Assembly (NCBI RefSeq): GCF_000143415.4
Contig: NW_003314269.1
Location: forward strand, 3,602,673 to 3,666,672
Direction: 5' to 3'
Source of the DNA: Selaginella moellendorffii
Taxonomy: Eukaryota; Plantae; Lycopodiophyta
DNA: 64,000 nt
In this document: positions 1 to 11,745 of the stretch, piece after piece
Position numbering within the stretch: the stretch's first letter is position 1
Layout: the number at the start of each line of letters is the position of its first letter
Position numbers and translations under genes: made by a program
Notes under the pieces: model-generated
Told to the model about the DNA's origin: nothing
Databases searched by the model: none
What the model saw: only the letters and a program-made list of their open reading frames with translations

Positions 1-1283
1 ATTCAGCATTCAATCCAGTACAGGTCTGCAAAGGAATGGTCGTGTTTGCGCTGCATCACTGATGCAGAGGAGGACGTAGAAACTAACTCCTTCAATGTAA
101 CTGTGGAGTGGTTCAAGCCAAGTTCCGGATATACGAAGGATTGCCTAGAAAAGAGATGGGTGCTGAATCCAAGGGATCCCAGCATGAGCATATCGGTGGA
201 TAATGTTGTGCATGGTTGGATGCAGAAGCAGAGTGCCACCATCACCTTGCCAGACCATGCAAGAGATGCAGCAAGAGCATTCATAACCCGGGTTCAAGGT
301 GAGATTCATTAATATTCCTTTACTAAGTTTCTAATGTATTTTATTTCAAGGTGAACAATCCAAATTTGAATCAGAGGAGGCGTGATGGCATGTGGCCTTA
401 TGCCATTCCTAGGTGAGATGATACAAATAACAAGTATAAATTCTTAGTTGTTCTAGCAAATCTTACTTAAAGTTTAAGGTGAACAAGCCGAATATGAATT
501 CATCGGATTGTTATAACAAATTGCGAGGTGATGGCATGAGGCGATACGCCATTTGAGAGTGGTAGCCATTCCTATATGAGGTGAGTGAAATATTTATTAG
601 AAATACCTCATTCAATTGTGCACTTCTAAGTCTTGGTCCACTCAGTACTGTTTGCATGTTTTTATTTTAATTCTTTCTCTAAAATGTTATTTAGCATGTG
701 GCTTCATGCCATTGCTCTCCACAATCATGCATTGAATTTTTCTATCCTTGCATAATACTTCTCCATATATATAGCATGTGCGCACATGTGATATGGTTCA
801 TTAGGCCTGATATAGTGTGTGAGGTAAAACAAAGATGATGTGACATATGCATTTACCAATCACACGTGCATAAATCTAATAATATGGCGTGTGGCCCATA
901 TTAATGGCACATAAACCCATATTGTGGGCTTACGTGCTTTATGTACCATCATTCCCTTGCAGCGTGTGTGTTGATTTCCTTTTATAACACAACGAACTCC
1001 ATATTTTAGGGTGAAGAGCGTTCTCATGGCAAGCACAAAATCTGTAAGTGAGGCAGAAAAGGAGACGGAGAAGGAGATAGATGAAGATGTAGAATATATA
1101 AGTCTTCCAAACTCCCCGTATTATACTCCAGGTGATCATTTTTCTGAACAAACGGCAACATTAACAACTATCGAGAACGCCCCAGTAACGTCAGAGACAA
1201 CAATCCAAAGCAAAACAACTAACCCAGAGAAGGATGATAGTACCGCTAAGAGTACCAAAAAGGAGGTGTCCACTAGCGCTTAG
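1..1283 (+). mobile_element. 3' part of an unclassified transposon-like gene (spliced fragments; acidic/Thr-rich last exon 1010-1283)
   Basis: ORF 46-312 (VTVEWFKP..YTKDCLEKRWVLNPRDP..VDNVVHGW) ends at a GTGAG donor. Small AG/GT-bounded segments lie at ~350-413 and ~479-580, and an acceptor precedes ORF 1011-1283. It is interspersed with palindromic repeats and adjacent to a gypsy relic. The family was not identified. Confidence 0.3.
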
Positions 1284-1717
1284 GCTTATAATGGCGTGTG
1301 CCCTCATGCCATTTACTTGATCACCAAATACCTTTTTCCCTTTGCACTAGTATATCTTAATACCGGTCTGAGAAATAGAATGGCATGTGCCCTCAGGCCT
1401 TTTACTAAATCACCTTTGAAAGAAATGCAAGCCTCTATGTCGTAAAAAAAAGGTACTAGAGAAATTCCTTAATAATATGAATGTTATTTTGTTTCATGAA
1501 AATACACTAAGGGTCAAATGAGTTAAATGACTTCTCCAGACTAGCAATGCCTCTTGCTACACCTTCACAATTAGATTCGTTAGAAAAAGATAACATTAAA
1601 TAATATCTAAATGTTCTCACCATTAAGTTATATGTCTGGCTAATAGGAATGACGTTCATCTTGGAAAGCTCACCACACGCTCAATGAACAAACAAATAGT
1701 GTGTGCGCGCATGCCAT
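385..1717. repeat. dispersed array of ~8 copies of a 22-bp imperfect palindrome (consensus ATRGCRTGTGnCnyYATGCCAT)
   Basis: Copies at 385-406, 531-552, 692-712, 771-792, 884-900 (partial), 1291-1312, 1380-1401 and 1696-1717. Confidence 0.75.
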
Positions 1718-1949
1718 CGCTCTTCTTTAGCTTCAGATTCGGCTTGTTCACCTTGACAATGAGATTTATTATACAACCAGATGGACTCAGTCTGGACATA
1801 AAGTCACCGCGCTAGTCACCATGCCCCAGATATGTCTAGCCTCTGGACAAAAAACATATAATTTCACGTCATTTTCAAATACTTGAAAATTTGTACCTAG
1901 TCCCATTTTACTGAATAAATCCCACTTTAACGAAATAGAGCTTCTATAA

Positions 1950-4400
1950 GGATTAAGTTCACTTTCTCGTAATGAGATTTTGAAGTTTAAACCGAAGACA
2001 TACCTGGAGTATAAAAAAGCAACACAACAAGTTGCCTTTAGTCACTTGCTCATGGAACAATATCAGCAGCTGTATATTGGTACCTTGGACAAGAATAAAA
2101 ACTCTAGGAATAAACAAAGTGATCGAAAACAGAGGGTAGAAGGAAAGTTTTGCCCTAGAGGCTCATAAACAACAATTAACAAATGTGGCGGTTCATGACC
2201 ACTAGCAACTTCTTTTAATCCTAAGCCCTCTATTCCTCTTTCTAGTGGGTAGAAGTAGCAACAACTTGTGAAATTTACCCCTAGCAGAACAGGTAGTGTG
2301 GGTTATTGCTTCCATTATGGAGAGATAGGATATATGTCCTTGAAATGTCTAACCAAATATAAAAGAAGATCTCATGTTAATGTCATGAGGGAAGATGGTG
2401 ATGGTGAAGTTGAAGGGATTGATGAATTGGTCAATGTAGACTATAAGGAAGAGGAGGTGAGTTACTTTTGTTACTTTCCTCAAACTTTTCTTGTAATCAA
2501 TGCAAACACTAATCTATTAACCTATCTAGTAGGTTTTATTTGTGAACACCGAATTTGAGTGATGGTTGACACAAGAGCTAAGTATAGCATGATATCCAAA
2601 GACTTAGTTATATTGTTAAGATTGAATGTTAAGGACTTGCCCATACACTTTTGGTTTGTAGAAGGTGGGCAAGTAGATAGAAGATTTGTGAGTGATGTTC
2701 CAATAAAAATATCCAAATGGAAAGAAAAAGTGAACTTGGTAGTGTTGAATATACTAAATTTTCAGATGGTGTTTGATATAAATTTTTTCAATAAATATAT
2801 AAAAGGGATTTATGGTGCTACACAAAGTCACATTATAGGTCAAAAGGACATCTTGATGTGTCCTTCTAGTTACAAAAGCACTCTTCAAAATATTGAGATG
2901 CTAAGTTTTTGATTGCAAAAGCCACTCAAAAAGTAATTAAGAAGAGATGTCAAACCTTTTGGGGTCAAGTGATAGAAACTAAGGGTGATGGTGACTCTGT
3001 TCAAGCTAGTGACGGGGTTAATCTTGTACCAAAGGAAATATTGGAATTGTTAGTGTGAAATCAAGATATCGTTTTGATGGATTTGCTGCCAAAGTTATTG
3101 CGTAGCTGTGAGGTTGATTATCAAATTAAGGTTATTCTAGGTCTCAAACCACCTACAAAAGCTCCATATTGTTTGCACATCAAAAAGATGGCTGAACTCA
3201 AGAAGCAACTTATGGAGTTTTTTGACAAAAATCATATTCAACTAAATAAATGATCTTATGGAGCATTGGTCATTTTTGTTATAAAAAAGGATGGTACCAT
3301 GAGGATATGTATTAATTATTGAGTTCTCAACAAAATCATGGTCAAAAACAATTATCCTTTACCTCACATTAATAATTTGTTTGACCAACTCTTAAAGGCT
3401 AAGTATTTTATACGACTTGATTTGTGGTTTAAATATTATCAAATATGGGTAATAGATTAGGATGTGAAGAAGATAACCTTCAAGACTTGGTATAGATTCT
3501 ATGAATTCCTTGTCATGCCATTTGGATTATATAATGCTTTAGCAACATTCAACACAATGATAGAAAGAATATTTAAAGATTATTTGGACACATTTATTGT
3601 CCTATATATCAATGATGTTTTAATCTTTAATAAAACATTAGAAGATTATTTGAAACACTTGGAGCTAATATTTTAGAAGTTGTATGAACACAAACTATAT
3701 GCTAAGGAAAGTAAATGTGCTTTTAGACAATTATGCGTGAACTTTCTTAAATATATAATTAGTGGTGGCATAATTGAGGTGGATCCAAAAAGGTAGAAGC
3801 AGTAAAGTCTTAGGAAGTCCCAACCACTATATCAAATATTCATTCCTTTCTTGGTTTAGTAGGATACTATCACAAGTTTATTCACAATTTTGTAAGTATT
3901 GCTCTTTCATTAACTAAATTAATGAAGGGTAATATTATATTCATTGGACACCAATTTGTTAATGTGCTTTTGTACGGTTGATAATTCTTATTCTCAAAAT
4001 CCTAAATCTTCATAAACCCTTCGAACTCTATTGTGATGCATTTAGCTATGTGATAGATGCCATGTTACGGCAAGATTGTGACAATGCAATTGGTGTTACA
4101 CTAAGGCAACACAATTGTCCCATTGCATTTTACTCCAACAAATTAGATAAAACCCAACAAAGATGGCTAGCACACGAAAGAAAAATATTTACTTTTGTGT
4201 CAATATTGGAACATTGAAGATATTATTTAAGTGGACATACCAAGGTTTATACGAATAGTAACAAATTGAGCTACTTTGCTACATAGCCAAAGTTTATGCC
4301 AAAACAAATTCGTTGGCAAGAGAAACTTGCTAGATTTGATAATGAAATCATTTATAAATTTGGTAAAAACAATATTGGATACGTTGAGTCAAAACTACCA
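1950..4400 (+). mobile_element. degenerate Ty3/gypsy LTR-retrotransposon gag-pol relic (zinc knuckle, protease, RT, RNase H; integrase missing)
   Basis: Decayed CCHC knuckle CFHYGEIGYMSLKC, protease MVDTRA (DTGA-like), RT motifs YEFLVMPFGLYNA and YINDVLIF (YIDD-like), RNase H FELYCDAF and PIAFYS..L..TQQRW. Many stops and frameshifts. Confidence 0.9.
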
Positions 4401-4463
4401 CTTTATTAATTTACATTAATTTGTAATTGCTATTGAAAATGAATATACTTGCTTCTACTGAAT

Positions 4464-6008
4464 TTAGGGATCTTGTCGGCTAGAGATTCGACACAGCACA
4501 CGGAATGCACGCGGGATGAGGCAGGCCTTGAGCATTTGTAGCTCTATCGCTCGGTCTTCCTTGAGCACAATCTCCTCCATCGTGTAGCGCGCCCACCTTC
4601 TCGACCTCCTCCCTTCTGCCGCCTCTAGCAGCATTTCCAGCCACGAGGCGTTGTTCTTGAGCGGCACGAAGCTGAGGTACGTCTTGTAGGCCACCACTTC
4701 CCCATTCATCTTGATCGGCAGCGACGGCCCTTGCTGCTTCCATCGCCATCCCTCCAGCGTCGTCCTCGATCGCGCCGGCCGGCAGAAGTAATATTTCGTC
4801 CTCGAGAAGAAATATCGCGTTCCAGCTACAAAGACGAACACATCCGTGGTAGAATTCTAGTAGAGTAGAGAGGAACGACAGGATGGAGAGAATTTTCTTC
4901 TCTGTCAGCTCTCCAGTGACTCACCTGGAGAATTTCGCAGGAGCAAAGCCGGATGCATCGCGTAAACATCGGCCTCGGGGATGTGGAAGTCGAGCCTGGT
5001 TCTTGCCTTTTTACGCCGAAGCGCGTCCACGAGGAAGCTATCATCCGACTGGGTCTTGCGAACTCTCTTGTTCCTAGACTCCACTCCTCCGGCTACTTCT
5101 GGACTCCTCTGGAGTGGATCCATGGTTGGGTGATAGTCCCGGAGCCCCGGAAGTGTGAAGTCGTCGTCGTCATCCACAACTTCGCACTGGAGAAGATCTC
5201 TAAGAAACCCGGTGAGAGATTTTTCTTTTTCCTCCAAGTTCTTGAAAGGAAGGTGGCTTCTTCACTTACCTTGACGTCCGTGGCGGCATCAACGTCGATG
5301 ACCAAGTTGTCCCGGAGAGCCCGCTTAAACGCTGCACGGAACTCCCGGATCCTGGAAGAACAGGCACCGGAGATCGGATCATGAAAGAGAGCAGCGCTTC
5401 TCTTCGTACCTGGCGTTTTCCTGGCGGGCATGTTCTTGACAATTTCCATCGCCGCACTGAAACTTGGTTTCCTGGGCTCGGACATTCACTGGTGGTGTCG
5501 AGGCAGCAACTTTTCCCCACTGCTGCTTTTCTTCTTCCAGCAAGACTCTGGGATCGAGCAGGCTGTTCCAGCATTCGTCTGCGACGATGGCGTCGTCCAT
5601 CGAAGCCAGGCAGCCGTCCGTGAAGCTGTAGAAGAAGGCAGCACGCTCGTCTTCCGCAGCAGCGTCAATAGGTGGTGGCGAGGAATCCGTGAAGTTCTCC
5701 ATAGCAGCAGCAGCAGCAGCAGCGCACTGGCTGAGGAGAAAGAGCCCGCTACGATCGAGCTCCTCGCACTGTTGCTGCTCGAGAACCCACTGGACCTGGA
5801 AAGGAGCGGCTTTTTCACTCCAACACCATGGACACTGGCAGCAGCAAGCGCAAGAACAAGCAGCGCATGGCTCGAGCACGCAAACAACAGGAGAAAGGTG
5901 GATGAAGCCGCTGGGAGGAAGAGGAGGAGGAGAGTGATTGTACGAGGACGAGGCGCCGTCGACAACAGCTTGGAGCGAGTAAGAATCATCGGCTGTGTCG
6001 AGAATCAT
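4464..6008 (-). CDS. highly divergent NAC-domain protein with the NAC domain at the C-terminus (start 6008 or 5702)
   Basis: Frame-consistent GT-AG introns at 5352-5409, 5187-5269 and 4826-4924. Spliced product has NAC-like blocks LPGLRDYHPT / FLVDALRRKK / IPEADVYAMHPALL / RYFFS / GWRWKQQG..I...GEVVAYKTYLSF / W.RYTMEEIVL / VLCRI. Confidence 0.7.
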
Positions 6009-7419
6009 CGCTTCTTCCTGCGAGAATCAAGCGGCGAGAGGGAGAAAAGAGATGCAAGATCGAAGAACTCAAACTTCTTCCGCTACTTGGCGACGAACGA
6101 GACGAAAACGAGCAAGAAGAACCAAAAGACAACGAGGTAAGCTCGCTTGCTCTTCCATCGTTTTGTGCTTATAGCGCGAAGCTTTGCCAGTCTGCTTGCG
6201 TCGACAGCGACACCGATTTGCCATCATCAACCGGATTTCCAAATGCAACGGACTGGGAAGAGACGCTATCGCAGCTAAAGTAAGAAGAAACAAACTATCT
6301 TTTTTCCGAGAGCTTATCATTCCCGTACTAAAGTGGCAGGATACCTCCATCCAGCCATGGCTAACTTGGTGGTGGTACGTCCGCCACCCCGCGTAGGAAG
6401 TGGAACTATCGCTTCTCTTTTGTGGTGAGAAGCTTACGTGTGACACGTCGCTCACCGGGTTTCGTCCTTGTTCTCTTAACCGTAGGAGGAGGTTCTGTGC
6501 GCGAAGATTCTCCGAGTGTACGCTGTACCCCACCAAATGTGGCGACATCAATTTGAGGGGGATCTGGCAGTGGATACTTGGTAAAAATGTAACTTGGTAA
6601 GCTCCAGGCTTTCTTTTCTATCCGTATTTGTTCATTACCTAGATGTTACGAGAGAGCACCTGGTTGCTCCAAAAGTCAGGATTCTACGACAAACACCAAT
6701 GCTGCGCACAAAACTTTTTTGCCACATCTGTTCTTTGTTCTTTTCTTAGACTCGTTTTTCATGGTTATTATATTTTTTTAAAAAAAAATCTTCTTGAAAA
6801 TAACAAATCTAAACTCAAACTTGATTATAACTTAAAAATGTCTAAGCAAGTGCTTCACTAAAAACTATTTGGCCTCAACAAAATGAAGGAGTTACCACCA
6901 CTTCTGTGCACATTCTCATCATAAAGTAAGCCTTTATCATGCCAAAACAGAAGCAAAAACAAGAATAAAAATAGTAGCCAAGTTGGTGATATTCCCCTAC
7001 ATTCCTTCACTATATATTGCAACATATGAAATATTACAATATTGATAGGCTTTACGGTCTGTGGAACTCTTGATGATCTCCCATCCAGTATCTTGGTAGC
7101 AGCTGTCTTGTTTTCTTTCACCTTCTTTTGGAGGCTTAGCATTGGAACAAGGTGGCAACAACGGATGATTTTATGTGTGACTTGAGCTACTTCTATATCT
7201 GCTTCAAGAATCATTTCAAGAAATCACTAAAAACCAATTTAAACTTTTAAAAGTTTTTAAAAGAAATTATTTATATATATATGCTTATTAAAAATACATA
7301 TTAATATTTATAAACCACAAGTAACAAACTCATAAGCTTATATTATAATAACATAAATTCACAAGAGAATAGCATTATTCTAAAAGAGCCTTTAAATGGT
7401 TTCAGCCATACACTTTTTG

Positions 7420-7640
7420 ATTTTTGGTTTGTTTAAGCTGGTAAAGGGGCTAATGACTATATTTATAATATGCTTGGATATTTTAGGATATCTATATGCT
7501 TGTTATCCATTTGGATTAATTTTGTATTTATAATTTATAAACATGTTTACAATTTATAAACTTTTCTAATCACTTTCTAATATATTATAAATTATTTTAC
7601 CATTTAATGGTAATACGATTAATCTGATATTTATAAATTC
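7420..7640 (+). repeat. AT-rich dispersed repeat (non-autonomous TE relic), homologous to 60560-60790
   Basis: Colinear shared blocks tttttggtttg, atatgcttggat.ttttaggatat, gattaat.ttgtatttata.tttataaacat, cactttcta.tatatt. Confidence 0.7.
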
Positions 7641-9362
7641 AAGATTTAAAGACTAAAAAAGAAAAAATATAGTTAAAAAGGTAAGGTTAATCGGACCCTA
7701 AACCAGTCTACTTAGAATTTATTTGCACAAAATAAATATATTAAAAGAATATATCAATTTTCATATCCACCAACATTATCATGTTGTAATATCATTCTAC
7801 ATATCTTATCTTCATTAGGAATGAAATCTCTTTCAACATTAAATAAGTCAAGATGTTAACTTATTATCTTTTTTTATCTATATTATAAAATGGTAACTAA
7901 TGTCCTTCATAAAAGGAAAAGAAAATATCAATATCTAGCATCAGTTTCTGCTTTATTTACACATCAATTTGTACATTAATTATATGATTACACTAGTTAA
8001 CATTTTGTTTAATTAGACTCCATAAATTAACTGGATATTGGTATTCAAACTCTTACCTTATTGCCGTTCACAAAATGCGATAAAATATGAATACAAAAGC
8101 ATGAAAAAAATGCAGTATATATGGATTGCCATAGTATTAATTTTATAGAAACCTCATAAATAATTCAGTTTTTTATACTAATACAAGTTTATCTTAATAA
8201 AAACCTTAACAAATATATATTTTTATTAAAATATATCTAATATTATATTATATTTTTTACTCAACACTTGAATAGGAACAGACGGATTAACTTGTTCTTA
8301 TGTGAGATTAACTTGTTCTTATCACCAATACTTTTGTGAAGAAATAAAATAGTCCAATGCTTCACACCAACATTTCTTGAGGCCAAAACTAAATTCCACA
8401 ATTTGTGTTAAAGTAATGCTTTGTTTTCTTGTGTATAATAAATATTATTAAAACTTTAATAATATTAGCTAAACTTAAATAATTTACATTAGTAATATTT
8501 ACAAAAATTTGAGAGAGTGATAGCACAACACAAAAGGTTCTAAATCATTCTGTTTGCTGAAGAGAAAGTTTGGTTTTCCTGCAATACTTGGTTTAAAACA
8601 CTCAGAACTTAATAAATGAGCTTTATAGATTTTGGATTTCAACTCTACTATTGTCAATGGAAGGGCTATTTGACTACTTTTTATGTTGCTCTTTGCACTT
8701 TATTACTAGTGATGGTAGTTACTCATGGATCAGGAAACTCATGGGTATAAAGGAAAAAATATGCAATAAAAAGTTTTAATTTTGTATTTGTTAGAGTTTC
8801 CATTTTTTAATTCTTTTCTTTATTATTTTATCAATAGTTTTATCATCTCAACTTCTCTCAATAATAAACTCTTGACATTTTGAACACTCTGCTTGATGGC
8901 TTTGCAAATGTTTTTCTTTAACTCTACCAAATCTTGATGCTTTACGGAAGTCATACCAAGTCAATAAATCTTCAGCACCAACAAAGATTTTCTAATTTTG
9001 AGCTGAAAATTGGTATGTTAACAAAGTTTGATAGTAAATATATGATAAAGTCAATAAACTTAGAAGGAAGAGCTGACTTGTTCTCAACACTGAAAGATGT
9101 TAGATGAACAACTATGGTAAAAATAGAAAAAACATATCCTGATAACAAATATCTTGAAACTTAGCTAAAGATATATAAGAGATTGAAGAAGCATGAGATC
9201 TAAAATAAATCTAATATCATCAAATAATTATAACAAGATCAATGAAAATGATTTATACGTTGGGTTATAATTTGAATATTCTTAGTAAGTATAGATATTA
9301 TTTTCAGGTAGCCAAATTATTATTGGTGTTAGGTAAATGGATTGATTCTGTTTTTTATATTT

Positions 9363-9437
9363 AAATATATATATTTGGGTACAGCACACTTGTATATATA
9401 TATATATATATAGTTTGGGTACAGCACACTTGTGCCC
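9363..9437. repeat. short tandem duplication (tttgggtacagcacacttgt x2) around a (TA)n microsatellite
   Basis: Directly visible in the sequence. Confidence 0.8.
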
Positions 9438-10069
9438 AACTATGAAGCATAAGACTTTACCTGGATGTAATGAGTGAAAATCAAAGAACAACAACGACAC
9501 CAAAGTTTAAGAAGGTTTTACCAAAAATTTTAGCTTAGCTAATTTTAAAACCAAAGACTCTAATTATTGCAGTCACGTCCCGACACACTTAGATTCCAGC
9601 CACGTGTTTGCATTTTACCGTTTGCATGGCAGCGTCTCTGCCGTCGATGCCGGCATCGAACGACAATCTGTAGATATCGTCCTAATGGCGTGGCGCAGCC
9701 TGCCCCGTTAGATCCAGTTCCTATTTTATTCTGGTTTACGCTTTTTTTTTTTCTCGTCTAGGGTTCCAGGGATTCACCGCACATTTTTTTTGCCGCTGTG
9801 CCCCCAGGGATCGATCGATGCGGCGTGGCGATGGCGTCGCGCGCTGATCCGTCTTAGCGCTGGATTCGCCCATGTGAACTGCATGCATTCGCGATTCGAG
9901 GTCTTTTTCCACTGAATCCCTGCCTCTTTTTTCGGATCGATGAGAAGCTCCGGCGGCATCCAATCGCGGCTCTAGAAATCCAGCTGCCGGCTACTGCCAC
10001 AGGGAAGAATCAATCGCAAATATTATGGGATCATCGTCACTGGCACGGGAATTCTAGGACATTGATGGG

Positions 10070-11556
10070 ATGAAGAAGCCAGCGTTCAATGTCATGGAAA
10101 GAAAGTGGCTTGTCCCATTGCTCGCCAGCTCCCTCGTCTCCATCACGCTCTTCCTGGCGGCCACTTTCAGCGTCGGCGCGAGCTCCTATGGCGCCAGATC
10201 GTCCGTGTTCCATTTGTTCCTCAAGGGCGAGGATCCGGCCGACATGTACGTCGAATCCAAATTGTCACAGGTTCCAGCCTCGGATCTTCCCACGGCCCCC
10301 CGGCTCGCCTACTTGATCTCGGGAACTCGTGGGGATGGGGATCGGATGAAGAGGGTGTTGCAAGCGATCTATCACCCCAGGAACCAGTACTTGCTCCATC
10401 TGGATTTGGAGGCACCTCCCAGGGAGAGAGTGGAGCTGGCCAGATACGTGAAGATGGATCCAACGTTTACGCTGGCCGGGAATGTACATGTTATAGGGAA
10501 GGCTAACTTGGTGACTTATAGAGGCTCGACTATGATCGCATGCACGCTCCACGCCGCCGCGATTCTTCTTCGGCAGAGCAAGGAGTGGGACTGGTTTATC
10601 AATCTCAGTGCTTCCGACTATCCCCTCGTTTCCCAAGATGGTACGTAATTCTCTTTTTTTCTTCTCGTTCCGCGTTCTCCTAGAAAAGTTTTGATTGCTC
10701 TTTTGTTTGGTCTTGCAGATCTTCTCAATGTGTTTTCGTATCTCCCGAGGGATTTAAATTTCTTGGAACATACGAGTGACATCGGCTGGAAAGAGTAAGG
10801 ACATGTGCACTGTTGCTATTTTTTTTAGTTTCGGTTGCTCACTAAGATATGAATGAATGACGACTGGCACAGGTTCCAGAGAGCTAAACCAATAATCATC
10901 GATCCGGGTCTATACATGAACAAAAAGACTGATATATTCTGGGTGACGCAGAGAAGATCAGTTCCGTCGGCGTTTAAACTTTTCACAGGTATGGCGTTTG
11001 TGCAAGTTTCTCTCATGGTATCCGGCATCTTGTCACAGGTTCGGCGTGGGTTGCTTTAACCAGGAATTTCATGGAGTTTTGCATCTGGGGCTGGGACAAC
11101 CTTCCAAGGACAGTGTTGATGTACTATACGAATTTCCTGTCCTCTCCAGAGGGGTATTTCCACACGGTGATCTGCAACAGTCGCGAGTTCCGGAACACGA
11201 CGGTGAACCACGACCTCCACTACATCACCTGGGACAATCCTCCAAAGCAGCATCCACTCTCGTTAACCGTCAAGGACTTTGACAACATGAACGCGAGCGG
11301 CAGCCCGTTTGGGAGGAAGTTTGACAAGGACGATCCGGTGCTGGACATGATCGACAGCCGGCTGCTGGGGCGGGAGAAGGACCGATTCACTCCTGGTGGA
11401 TGGTGCCTGGGCTCGTCGGAAAATGGGAATGATCCTTGCTCGGTTATGGGTGATGCTGACGTTCTGCGGCCTAGTGCAGGAGCAAAGAGACTCGAGAGCC
11501 TGGTTTTGAAGTTATTGGCCCCCGAGGACTTCCGGAAGAACCAATGCGTCCATTGA
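10070..11556 (+). CDS. GT14 / Core-2-I-branching family glycosyltransferase (GlcAT14-like beta-glucuronosyltransferase), 4 exons
   Basis: N-terminal TM anchor; motifs PRLAYLISG, YHPRNQYLLHLD, WDWFINLSASDYPL, GWDNLPRTVLMYYTNF.SSPEGYFHTVICN, WDNPPKQHP. Introns near 10641-10718, 10795-10871 and ~10989-11038. Confidence 0.95.
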
Positions 11557-11745
11557 TGGATGTGATTGGCGAGCGACGATGACAACAACAGCATATTTTC
11601 TCTATCAGCTGGGGTGGCTGTAATATACAGGTCTCAAGTAGGAGGTAGGCTCATATAATTTTTCAGGAGGAAATTTTTTTTTGTCGGAAAACTTCTTGGG
11701 GGGTAACAAGGCTGTTATTCTTTTCTTTGCTTTGCTCTTGTAGTT

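Noticed and set aside
385-1717. CRISPR-like array (palindromic repeats with unique spacers)
   Set aside because: Spacers are very unequal (~60-400 bp), repeats are degenerate, there are no cas genes, and the context is eukaryotic.
5241-5269. 29-bp intron in the NAC-like gene
   Set aside because: Too short; the in-frame acceptor at 5187 gives a normal 83-bp intron.
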